Assembly: GCA_023213395.1 (NCBI GenBank)
Contig: CM041465.1
Span: 227,051,741 to 227,115,740 of the forward strand
Source of the DNA: Cycas panzhihuaensis
Lineage: Eukaryota; Plantae; Cycadophyta
Direction: 5' to 3'
Length of the DNA stretch: 64,000 bases
The stretch's first letter is position 1. Every line of letters begins with the position of its first letter. Positions 12,459-25,071 of this stretch are shown here, piece after piece. The notes beneath the pieces are model-generated. The model searched no databases. It was not told the DNA's origin and saw only the letters and a list, made by a program, of their open reading frames with translations. A program made the position numbers and the translations under genes.

Positions 12459-13365
12459 TATAAGTGGGCAACAAGATTCCTCTCTTATATATCCCCTAAT
12501 TATTAGGTAAAGACCCTATGTTAGGGGTCTTTAAACATCATAATGATCTATCATTTTTGACCAAGCATATGTAGGTATACATTTGTATGTGAAGTTAAGT
12601 AGGGTAATACTACTTACATAGGCCTTAGAATTAAGCCTCCATGTATCTTTGGGTATATTGGAGGACCCTTATAGGTTCCCCTTGACTTACCTAGTTTATG
12701 AAAACTATCAACAACCTATCCTCTATAATACATGAATTAACAGTTAGCATTGAGAAGTTACTCCTCATGAATACCCCAACATAACTATTAAAACTACAAG
12801 AATGAATTTCCTTCATAGTTGGTGCCTTAAGAGACTAGGTTGAGTAGTAGTAATGACTAGAAAGTTTATTGAGGGGCTTGTAGAATCAAGTACACCCTAT
12901 TTATTAAATCCTAGGTACTTCTAAATATAATACAAAATTGCTAAGACTATTGTACATCTAAATGCAATACAAAATTGTTAAGACTATTGTACATCCAAAT
13001 GTAATATACAATTATTGAGACTACTATACATCCAAACATAATATAAAATTACTAAGACTATTATACATTTAAATATAAATTGTTAATACTACTCCATTTA
13101 CTGATAATCCTATAATATAGTAAATAACACAATCTTGAAATATAATAATAGCACCATCTTACAATACAACAACAACGCAGTTGTATAACATAATAATAAT
13201 AATACAAGCCTAAAATACAAATACCAAAGTTTAAATACTACCTATACAAATATTTAATGTAATTCTCTAAGTCTAATACCTAGTTAAGTCTGACCTTCAG
13301 TCTAGAATCCACCTTCCCCCCCACCAAAAAGAATATAGAAAGAAAAAGAAGTATGTAGCGTCACT
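12459..13365 (-). mobile_element. Possible decayed solo LTR in the chromovirus 5' leader
   Basis: Ends resemble mutated TGTGACG...TTACA; flanks TCAAC/TTAAT differ only by C>T. No second copy in the window. Confidence 0.3.
12921..13078. repeat. 37-bp tandem repeat, ~4.3 copies
   Basis: Unit ~CTAAATATAATACAAAATTGCTAAGACTATTGTACAT, head to tail with no spacers. Confidence 0.9.
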
Positions 13366-16300
13366 TTAATAAATACTTCTCCAATTTAGATGAAACCTAT
13401 ACCAGTAGACTCAAGATAAAAAAGAAAGAAAAGACCATGGCTTATAAATTACCATTAGATAATCATACATCTTATTTTGATTAGCACAACATACTAATCA
13501 TTTTTTACTAGGTCAATTTCAATGGTTATTTTTGCAAAAAAATGGCCTATAGGCATCCCATGGGTCCCACAACCTAATTTTTTATATAAAACTCACTTAT
13601 CTAATTTTGAAAAGCACTTTGAGCTTATCTATATGCACTAGGTGATTTCATTATTTAGTTTTTAGGGTCAACAAGCTATAAACACCTTGCCCCCATCCTT
13701 TTCCCCTCTTCTCCCTTATATCATCTCTCGATTCTATAATCTTATTTTTTTTGTTTAATCCCTAACTCATTGATCATATTCTTTTTGTTTAATCCCTAAC
13801 TCATTCAGTCCATTCTCTCTTCTTCATCCCCATTCACTAAATCCCTTTTTCCTTCTATATAAATTATGGCACTAACCCAAGCAGATCATATCTCTATATT
13901 AGAAAACCAACTCACCAGTATGTAAGATGCACATAAAGATGGCATAGCCAAGATTATAACAAATATAATAAATTTAGTCACCTAGAATAATTTTGATAAA
14001 ATAATGAATGAGATGGCAATTATAAATGCTCAATTTTCTAATATCACATCTATATCCAAATCCACTAGTAACTCATATGGCAGTGGTATCCCACCTCCTC
14101 AATCACCTTATTAGTAAACATTTAATTACAAAATTAACATACTAATTTTTTATCCAAATGTTAACAAAGATTTTTCTCATATTTAGATCAATAAATTAGA
14201 CTCTTATTTTTCTCTTAATCCTATCACTAAAGTTGATCAATTAACATTTACATCCATCCACTTAGAAAGTAAGGCCCATTACTAGTACTAATGGTGGAAT
14301 CATGAATATATGAATAACCAAATATTGGACCAATTTTATAAATGTTCCTTTGAACAATATGAAGAAACTTAGAATTAGACCTTCTTTAGGTAACTTACTC
14401 AAATAAAATAATCATCATATAAAGAATCTTACACTGACGAGTTTTAAGCTCTTCAGAATTAAATCAGCCAAAATCTTGATCAACAAATAATTATGGAAAC
14501 ATATGTATCCAGACTCAAGGAACACATCTGGATGAAAATGAAGACCAATGCACCACCTACTCTAAGAGAATCCATAAACAAAACCAAAGTAATTGACGCC
14601 AAATTTATAGCAGAATAAGCACTTGGTTTTCAAAGTGTTTCTACATGGTACAATCATCCTCGACTAACAAACCCATGCTATCCAATATAATTTTGAGCAA
14701 ATAATACCTAATGGCCTGTATTCAAATTTCCAATAGTAGAATTAGTGTTAGGCTTAGAATGAGTACCATATAAAAAAGTACACAAGTGTAGAGAAGCTAA
14801 CCTATGCATTTAGTACATAGAAAAATGGACCCCCGATCATGGTAAAGTTTGTAAAGCAAAATGAATGATATTCATCATTGATCCTACCATGTCCCTTGAG
14901 GAAGACACTAAAGATTTAAATGAACCTAAAGAAGAATGAACCTTGGAAGCCTTCCCCAACACTAAGCTATAAGTTTCCATATTAATTATTTCTGCTACCA
15001 CTTACCCTAAACCACTTCTGGTTAAAGGAACTCTAAGGAAGACACCCAGCACTATATTGATCAATGGTGGTGCATTGTTAAACTTTGTCAATATCTTGTT
15101 AGCCAAACAACTCAACCTATACACCAAACTAAAAATTGGTTTCACATGCTCCTTATTAGGTTGTCATACCCTTCACTCTGTAGAGACCATAAAGAATTTA
15201 TATGTCCAAATTGGCACTAACATATTGAAGTTTGAATTTTATGCCTTGTCTATTAAAGGATCTGATGTTATCTTAGTGGTCTAGTGGCTTCAAATACTTG
15301 GCACTTATAGCACTAATAACTCCATAAATAATACTTACATATCATTCAAAGAATAATTTGGCCAAACTCATAAACTTTATAGTCACTAATCACCACCCAA
15401 CAAGCTCATTTTTCCTAAACAAATGAGTAAACAATTGAATAATAACATCATATACATAGTTCATCTTTAAAATATTCAGCCTCATTAAGATATTCACCTA
15501 GACATATAAAGTATCCTCACCATATGTCAATCATTTTTACCCCCCTTCCTAATAACCCTCCTCTAGATTGTGGTTTTGACCATACCATCAGTCTTTAAAA
15601 GTTGCACAACCTCTTTAGCATATGCCCTTATCAAAATCTATATTTCTCAAAAAATAAAATAAAATGCATTACTAATGACCTCAATGATATGGAAATAATT
15701 TAACCTAGTGAAAGCCCTAATTTGGCCCCTATTGTCCTTGTCCAAAAGAAAGATGACACTTTTTGACTTTGTGTTGACTATTGAGAATTAAACAAACTCA
15801 TTATTAAGAATAAATTTTCAACCCCACGAATTGATTATATGTTAGATGAAATTCAAGGGGATACTATTTTCTTTAAGTTAGACCTTTAATCTAGATATTA
15901 TAAAATTTATATAGCTCTTGAAAATAGACATAAAATGTCCTTCTAAACACATCATGGCCATTTTGAGTTCTAGGTCATGCCATTTAGCCTTTGTAATGCT
16001 TTAGATAGTTTTCAATCTTTGATGAATAAGATCTTTGCATGTTATTTTTACAAATCTATTATTGTATTTTTTGATGATATTCTTACTTATAACTTTGACA
16101 TGTCTCAACATCTTTAATATTACCCTTTAAATCCTCTCTCAAAATTAACTCTGTGCCAAAGTGTCAAAGTGTAAATTTGGCAAGACCGAACTACAATACT
16201 TGGTCCACATCATCTCCTTATAAGGGGTATATGGTAACCCTAGTAAAATCTCTATCATTACTATTTGGCCCACCTCAAAGAATCTAACATAATTGCATGC

Positions 16301-16463
16301 CTTCCTCAAGTCAATTGGATTCAATCATTGGTTTTTAAAAAACTATGCCATCATCATAACCCCCTTAACTAATTTATTCTATAAGGAATCCTTTAAATGG
16401 TTGCTAAGTACTAATGATGCCTTTAATCATTTAAAGATATTTATACCCACTACTCTAATCCTT

Positions 16464-19400
16464 TGTTTTTTTATATGGTTTAAATAAATGTGGGGATTAA
16501 AAGGGGGGCCTAACCCCTTTATAAATTAGCCAATCAACATTTTGTTCTACTTTGACAAGCCTATGACCTAGCTACAGAATGCCAAAACATATCGATCGTG
16601 ACAAGATGATGACCTAGTTACAAAATACTAGATCTATCCCCACCAATCTACTAATCTTATCTTCCAATGACAAGCCCGATGGCTAGCTTAATGAGACAAG
16701 AAACTATCTACCACACATACTTAGTGGCTAGTACTAAGGTTAAACTATACCCACTTGATCTTTCCTAACCAAACCCAATGTCTCTTCAGGAAGTAAATCC
16801 CTCCAAGTCTCATTCCTTTTGAATTGGACCCTCTAGTTAGCTAGACTATCAGCTACTCAATTGCCTTCCTTGTATGTGTGTACCATCTGAATATTTTCTC
16901 TCCCTTGGAGAGACTACTTTGTGTCATTTATCATAACACTATGTTTCTAGCTTAGGTTCACCTCTCCTCTAATTAATTTGATTATGTTCAGTGAGTCCCC
17001 TTCCAAAATCACTCGTTGGTACCCCTCTTGAGATATCATATCCATAACTTTACACATTGCTTCTAACTTTGCTTGGTGATTATGTTGGATCCCATAATAG
17101 TTAGCAAAAGCCTAGATCACATTCCCCTCAGCATCTCTATAAACCCCTCCACCCCCAACCTCTCCTGGGTTACCTTTTACTGCATTACCAAAATTAACCT
17201 TAACCTAGCTCTCTCAAAGGGGATGTTAGCTATAATTACCTTTTTAATCTGGGATTTATCTTGGGGTTCCCAATGCCCCACATATCTAAGATCTTACTTT
17301 CCTCAAATTTTCTTCTACCTCCTTAAAGGTCCCTCTCAAAGATATAGAGATTAGATCAAAAAGCTTAAGGTTATCCATGTGTTTTAAGGTTATCCAATCC
17401 AAATCATTTAGGTAGAAGATCTTTAAAACATCTCTAATTTTTGGAGCTCCTATGAGTCTCCCAATAGTTCTCGACTTTATTGCTATAGCACCTCTTACAA
17501 ATATGTTGTAAAGGACCCAACCCTAGTCTCTTGTTAAGTTTGGGCTAACCACACTAGATCTCTTCCTAAAAATTTATCAAATCATCATCCCCCAGGCTCC
17601 AATGAGCCCTTGATGTAATCATCTTCCTTGTGAAAGTAAGAATTCTTCATATCGTTGATCTAAGCTTTCCCGAGATATTATCCTTAAGGAATCATTTGTC
17701 CCTAAGATATTTTTGGACTACAATTTTGTACCACAACCTCTCATCTTCCTTAGATAGATATCACCCCAACTTAGCCACCAAGGCCTTATTAAAATAGGTT
17801 ATATCTTTGATGTTTAGCCCACCTACCCATTTAGGGATGCAGACTTTTTCCTAGGACACTAGGTGAATTATGTCCCTTTCCTCTACTCCTAACAACAGAA
17901 ACCTTTTCTGAATGGACTCTATTATATTGATGACCTTTATAGGGCATTTGAATAGAGACATTATATAAGTAAGGATATTTTGGAGGGAAGCCACCAGTAA
18001 CTGAAGCTTTCCTACTTGGCTCAATAATGCTCCTTTCTAACTAGCTAACTTCATTTGGACTTAATTAATAATTGGGTTCCAAAGGTCCTTGTCCATTCTA
18101 CCCTCTAAAAGTGGCATACTAAGGTATAAAGTAAGAAGCTTCTAAATAGGTATTTCCTAAATCCTACCAATGTTTCTCTGAGTCTATTCCATGATATTTA
18201 GAAAGAAAATACTTCTCTTATTAAGGTTTACCTTCTGATTAGTCATGGCCCTGAACTTATTGAACTTAGATTTTATAGCCCTAACCTCCTTTATAATAGC
18301 CTTACTCATTAAGATGTTGTAATCCATAAAATGATGATGAGCCATAGTGTCCACTCCCATTATGGGTTTTAGGCTTATGATCTTCCCTAACTTCCTAGCC
18401 TCCTCAAGGGTCCTTCCTAGTAGTTCGACTATAATGATGAACAGGTATGGGGCTAGAATGTCCCCTTGCTGTAAACCTCTAAAATTAGGAAAGAAAGTTG
18501 ATGAAGTCCTATTAACCATCATAAAGAACTTTATCTTTAAGATACAACTATTTACCTAGTTTCCCCATCAGGCTTTAAATCCAAAGGCTCTAATGCACTC
18601 CTTCAGGCACTCCCATGAAACCCTATCGTAAGCCTTTGAAAGGTCAATCTTCATAACCATGCTGGGCTTCCTCCTCTAAATGGTCGAGTGGATAGTTTTA
18701 TGAACCATTATTATCCCATCCAGGATCTGCCTCCATTTAATGAATCCATCCTAACTAGGAGATATGATCAAAAGGAGTAATCTCTTAAGCTTGTTGGCAA
18801 GGATTTTAGCTAAATGTTTATACTTCATGTTATATAAATTAATAGGTCTATAATCCTCCATCTATTTTGCCTCTTATTTCTTTAGGATTAAGACCAAGAA
18901 GGTGGATTGCCACTCCCTAAGGACCTTAGCATTCTTAGGAAATCCCTTGACATCCTCTAAAAGGTCATCCTTGATGATGTCCTAGAATTCTTGGAAGAAA
19001 CTAGGAGGGAAGCCATCGGGGCCTAGAGCTTTCTCCTTCTTCATGCCAAACACAACACTTCTAACCTCCTCCCTTGAGAAAGGATCCTTAAGAATTCTAT
19101 TCATATCATCCCCAATAATCTTGGGGATCAAGACCAATAGCTTTCTCCTGGCCTCAATATCTATGCACCCATGTTTTAAAAAAAGATCCCTAAAGTAGTC
19201 CACCATCACACCCTTGATGGCTTTATGCTTCATAACTTCCTCACCATCGTTATTGATCATGACCTTAATTTGATTACAAGTACAATGTTTTAGAGTAGTC
19301 ATGTAAAACGATTTTGTGTTTTTATCTCCCTTGGCCAACAATAGAGCCTTGGATTTCTGCCTCCAACAGATTTCCTCCTTTAATAGGATTCCCTCCAAAT

Positions 19401-22376
19401 TTGAGAGAAGGCTTCTCTCTAACTAATCCAAGGGTTAGGAACTCCCTTACTCTTGTATTCTAGTCTCTAAAACCTTAAGCTCCCCTAGGATCTAGTTCTT
19501 TATTTCAAATATATTCCTATGGGATTTCTCATTCCATTCTTTTAGCTGTCACTTTAACTAATTTAATTTTTTAGAAAACCTAAGCATCGTGTATCCTTCA
19601 ACCATAATCTTCTACTAGTCTTCAAGTATCTCCCATAAGCATGGTTCTTTTGTCCATATTAGCTCCAAACAAAAGGGGGCTCCTATATGACCCTTGTTGT
19701 CGACAAATCCCAACACTAAATAGGAGTGGTCTAAGACCAACTTAAGCAAAGCTTCCAAAGAGATGTTACTGTATTATCTAGCCCATGCATAATTTATTAA
19801 GACTTTGTTGAGTCTAACTTGAATATGATGAACTATTATCCTTCTGTTAGACCATGTGACCTTTGGACCCCTTAGGGGGACATCCATCATACCCTCTTTC
19901 TACATGAATTCCCCTAGATCTTCCATGCTTTTTATCTAGCCCCCCTGCCCCCCTCTCTTTTCCTTAGGGGATAGGCCCATGTTGAAGTCTCTAGTTATCA
20001 ACCAAGGACCCCCCCATTCTTTATGGGGACCCAAAATCTTGTCCCATAGAGATTTCCTCCCTTCCTGAGTTAAGGGTGCATACACATTTGAGACCATCCA
20101 TTTGAGATTAGAGCTTTTACAAGTCAACCAACTAGAAATAAAATGGTCCTCTAAGATACAAACCTCTCCCTCCCATCTTATGGGATTCCATAAGATATCC
20201 AAAACACCCAAGCCTCTACACCCATCTGAAGTAAGCATCTTAACTCCTCTCCATACTTTCAACTTTATTTTATCTTTATTGTCTACTTCTAGTTTAGTTT
20301 CCTTGAGTAATAGGATATCTAGATCTAGGTGAGATTAGAGATCTCTAACTAGTCTATATTTTTATATGGTATTTATACCCCAAATATTCCAAGAGGCAAG
20401 TTTCATAAGGTTTCCCCCTTCTCCCTCCAACCTTTTCATCTTTTACTCCTTAATTTGGGGCCCTACCCTCCTATATCCCTAAGGGTGCATTGACTACCCT
20501 GATCAACCTATAATGCTGCCTCCCTCTCTCACAACATCTTATGTAAGGGTCTCCTAAGACTCTTTTCACTTCCAAAATTAGCTCCTTTAACATGTTCTTC
20601 CTTTTACTCCTCCTAGTCCCATTTCCCTCTCACTTTCCAAACCTTTTAAGGTCTTCCCAACTCCTTATGACTCTCTAGGATAGCCTATTCTTCTAGAAGG
20701 GGAACCTCCTTCTCCCCTGATCGGATCTCCTTAACCTGGTTGATAAGAATGATCTCTCCTCTTTGGAACTAGTTGTGGTATAGGGGAGTACTCATCTTAA
20801 GCTCCTCCCTACCTCCTACCTCCCCTTCTTCTAGAATGGTGTCTTTATTTTCTAAGTCCAGCTCTTGGATAGCTTTGATTAAGTCTTCTTCCACCCTCTT
20901 TGCCTCTTTTGAAACTTCTAAGAGGCCAAGCTACTTGTCGCCTCCCACATCCTCCTCCTCCTCATGAGCCACTTAAGGCTCCTTCTTAGGTTCTCCTAGA
21001 TAGTTTTGGGGAAGGTGGCCCAGACTCTTATAGGCTAGGCATCTCATATTTTCAAGCTCATAAGCTAATTTTTTATCTTTACTTCATCCTTCTCCCTCTA
21101 TTTTTAACCATTTGGGAAGGGGTTTATCTGTTCTAGTAAGAGCACAGAATTTAGCATTCACCATTCTACTCTTATTCTTGGTAGCCAAGTCAACTACCAA
21201 AAGGGGGCCTATAACCTTAGCTATCCCTTTTATCACATCGAGGTCTCATGCTTGGAGTGGGAGGCCTAGGAGTTAAACCCAAATCGGGAGTTATTTTAAT
21301 GAACCCTCTACCAAATTAAAATCCCTATGCTATTTCTCCATAAGGATTGCTTTCTTCCCCATCATCTAGGGTGACTTTAAAAGGACATTTACTAGGTCTT
21401 CTTTGCATGAGGATTTAAAGAGAACACATCCATTAGGGAGTGTTATAACCTCCACTGCCCCTTTTAATTTCCATCTCTATCCAACCCATTTTTTTATGGG
21501 ATCTACCCCTAGTCTGGGCCTAGAGAATTGCTCAACTAAGGAATTCTCTCAATATCTCTCCATACAGTCTTACAGTCTCTTAGGGATAGGGATTCTAATC
21601 GATTCCTTATTTTTGATAGGATTTATGTCAAAAACTTTAGCTTCTTCATTTCTCAAGGTATCTAAATATGATTTTCCTTAGTTTACGCTTTGGGTCTCAT
21701 TAGGGTTTTGAATCTAACTATGAGTCTAGTTTAAGTTATTATACACATTCACTTGTTCCTCTATTATTCTAAATACAACCAAACATACAAAACTTCCATC
21801 AAACTAGTGGTTACAGAATAGCCTCGCCTAGCTAAACAACTGTAGGGAGTCTATGATCCTCTCTATCTCGTTCATCTAGATCAGGCACCCTCTTCTCCTT
21901 TTGCATGAAGTAATCAACTCCTTTCCACTTGTATAACTCTCCTCTATCTTCCTTACATGATAGTCCTCTATCTGTCAGTTAACCCCTTTAGCATCCTCTC
22001 TACATCCTTTTCCAAATGTACTTAATCTCCTCTAGACCGATCAAGGTACCTCTTGGTATTTTCTCACTACTCCAATTGCCCTTTGACCGCCAAAAAAGAG
22101 AGGTTGTGCCTCCTTAAATCCATCCTTAAGGGTATACTCCTCCCCCACTCTCCTTCATCTAGCTTCTATCTCCTCCACAGTGCTCATAGGAGCCTGCAAT
22201 GGAGCTATTACCATTGCCACTAACCTTAGATTTGTCATTTTGTAGGTCATTATTTGTCTCATAAGTCACCATTCTAAATTTTTCCTATTCTAATTAGTTT
22301 TTAAGTTATACACATTATCATAAATACTAAGTTATCAATGCAATTAGTGTTGGATATTGTGTAATGTTTAATTCAC
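16464..22376 (-). mobile_element. Full-length (~5.9 kb) decayed L1-clade LINE inserted between chromovirus RT and RH
   Basis: TSD ACCCACTACTCTA(A/G)TCCTT at 16445-16463 and 22377-22395; residual poly(T) at 16464-16472. ORF2 starts MKLASWNI at 20406, with EN (SNVYAP, RDFN) and RT (KALGPDGFP, RGLQQGD). ORF1 has a degenerate zinc knuckle near 21005-21045. Confidence 0.93.
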
Positions 22377-24313
22377 ACCCACTACTCTAGTCCTTACTAC
22401 CCTCAACCTTTCCCAATTATTTTAGTTAAAATATGATGCTTTTAGAGTTAGGTTAGGATTTGTACTCATATAGATTTTCTATCCAAGTATGTTTGAAAGT
22501 TGAAAAGTCAAAGATCATGAATGTTGGCTATCAATATACCAAAAGGAAATGAAAGCCATTCTACACACTATAGTTAAGTGGCATTAATATCTACCTAGAT
22601 CAAAATCCATAATCCTAGTATAGCATCATAACCCTCATTACCTCCTAGACCAACCTATTTTATCAAAAGAACAAGCAAAATAGGTCAACTAATTATAAGT
22701 ATTTGACTTTACTATTTCTTATAAAAAATGAAAAGATAATATGGTTGCAAATATTCTCTCTTACCTACCCTTTGAATCCACAATCCAATCTATTTCTACA
22801 CCTCAACTATTATGGTTGTAAAAGCTCATAGATGATAATCAAACTCAACCTAATTTTGCTTTATAGGTTGAAAAGGTTCAAAACCATAAGAACTAGACCC
22901 TATATAATGATTACCTCCTCTATCAAAATTATATTTTTATTCACCCAATATCCCCCTTCATTTCCCATATCTTGTTAGAATATTATACCACCCATTTAGG
23001 TGGACATTTAGGGTTTGATAAAACTTATCATTTCATTTGATCAGATTTTTATTGGTCTTATATAAAGGCATTAATCCTTATATATATACCAAAATATATC
23101 ACTTGCCAATGTAATAAGGCAAATACCAAGGCTCAATTGAGCCTTCTTTATCCCTTAAAAATCTCTCAAGAAAAATGATAAGAAATTTCCATGAACTTTA
23201 TTATTGACCTTCTATCTTCTACTTGGTATGATTCTATCTAGCTAATTATTGATCAATTAACCAAATGTGCCTATTTTCTAGTAGTCCACATAACCGATAA
23301 AGGGCATGCTTAGATAACTTATACATCCACTTTATTTTTTTCCTACATGGATTCCCTTCAATATTTGTGTTTGACAAAGATCCTAAATTCATGAGTTTAT
23401 TTTGGAAAGAGCTCTTCCATATATTAGGAACTTCCTTTAACATGAGTTCCTCATACCATCCACAAATGGGTGTTCAATATAAAATTCTTACCAAAACATT
23501 GGAGAATACTTATGTTGCTTTACCTTTGAATATTAGAATCGATAGACCTCTTGGTTAGCCCTAATAAAATATTGATAGAATTTAGCCCATCATTCTACCA
23601 TTGGAATGGCTCCATTTATGGCCCTTTATGACTATCCCCATCCATATCACCATACATTAGCCACCAATCTTTAAACTACTAAAGTCTAACAAATATTACG
23701 AGATATAGGCCAAATCTTACATACTCTTAACCAAACCTAGCCTCTACCCAAAATTGCATGAATTAATTAGCTAACTATTAATATTTCAATTAATTATTTT
23801 TTATTAGTAATTTAGTCTTCCCTTCTTTCAACCATACAAATAACAATCACCATGTAATAAGAAAACTCATAAGATCAATCTTGAGTACTATGGTCCCTAT
23901 GAAGTTACCCAATGCATTGGTGAAGTTACTTATGTTCTTAAAATTTCCCCTAACACTAAGATCTATAATTTCTTCTATGTTTCCTATATTGAAAATCACC
24001 TTGAAAAATCTTTGTCCCTTAGTCTACCCTCCCAATCCTTAACAAAGAAGAAATACTCATAGTTCCTCTCAAACACATCTTAGACAATCGATAGTATTAT
24101 CTCTAGAATAGGACCATTTATGAATATCTGGTACAATGGGTTAGTTGTGAACCTAATAAAGTAACATAGGAGTCATCTAATTCTATGAAGCAACATCCAC
24201 ACATACAGTTTGGGGACTTAGCATCTCAAGGGGGTGACTTATTACATAACTATTACAACTAGTAGAATATGAGTATCTATGCATATGACTAAGGTGGATA
24301 AAGTTTAATGTTA

Positions 24314-24316
<3 letters not shown>

Positions 24317-24354
<38 letters not shown>
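24317..24354. repeat. (TA)n expansion in the chromovirus 3' LTR, absent from the 5' LTR
   Basis: The 5' LTR has TAATTATTAATATGTG at the equivalent site (~11961). Confidence 0.9.
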
Positions 24355-24357
<3 letters not shown>

Positions 24358-24663
24358 AGCTACAGAAGTCTATTAGTAGGATTAAAGGCTAAATGCCCTA
24401 CCAATAAGATTCTATAGGAAGCAACTATTTTTTCTTATTTAAGGATGAATGTTTATAAAGAGAATTTTATATTTTTAAGTTCATTTATAATATCATACCT
24501 TGTACAAATTTGGTATCCATTTTAGTGCTCTTACATATATCCTTTTTCCTCTTGTAATCTTTTTTATGAATAAAATCTATCAATAAAAAATTCTATTAGA
24601 TACTCATTTGTGATTCTTTTTGGGCTCCTTATTGGTGCATAGTTATTAGTTAGAATCATTCCA

Positions 24664-24837
24664 ATATCTCTTGGATAGTTTTATAATTTAACACTTTAAA
24701 TTAACTCCATATTGTCCTAAATATAATTTATTAGTTGAGAGTTCAAACAAGATTATATATTGAGCCCTAACAAAGATGTGTAATATTAGACATTCAAACT
24801 AGGTCAATAAATTTCATGCTATATTATGGGTATATAA
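24664..24837 (+). pseudogene. Host Gypsy integrase, piece 2
   Basis: LTPYCP..LVESSNKII..LTKMC..HAILW continues the INT interrupted at 11888. Confidence 0.8.
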
Positions 24838-25071
24838 TAAGAGATCTTGAGGATAGAGTAGAGCAGGAAAAATATTCAACCCATTTTAAAAATCATTAAC
24901 AAACTTCAAATTTTGGTGGTGTTGATAAATACCGGGGACTTTGCCCTTGAAATATATAATTTGGAAGGTAGGCAGGAGCCTACCTCAACTGACATAATTT
25001 AAAATAATAAAATAATAATAAAACATAAATAAAATAAAGCTACCTTAGATATAGTCAGCTTGCATTCTTCC

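Larger units (their letters stand above)
11889..24663 (+). mobile_element. Chromovirus (Ty3/Gypsy, Reina-like), complete but decayed, inserted in host INT
   Basis: LTRs 11889-12293 and ~24240-24663. Degenerate tRNA-iMet PBS TGATATTAGAGC at ~12296; PPT AAGGGGG at ~24228. Gag ATG at 13866, protease ~15050, RT FCVDY..FFDDIL 15770-16085, RH/INT 22400-23950, chromodomain EYLVQW ~24122. Confidence 0.9.

Noticed and set aside
12921-13078. 37-bp repeats as a CRISPR array
   Set aside because: Head-to-tail units with no unique spacers, no cas genes, and a eukaryotic TE context.
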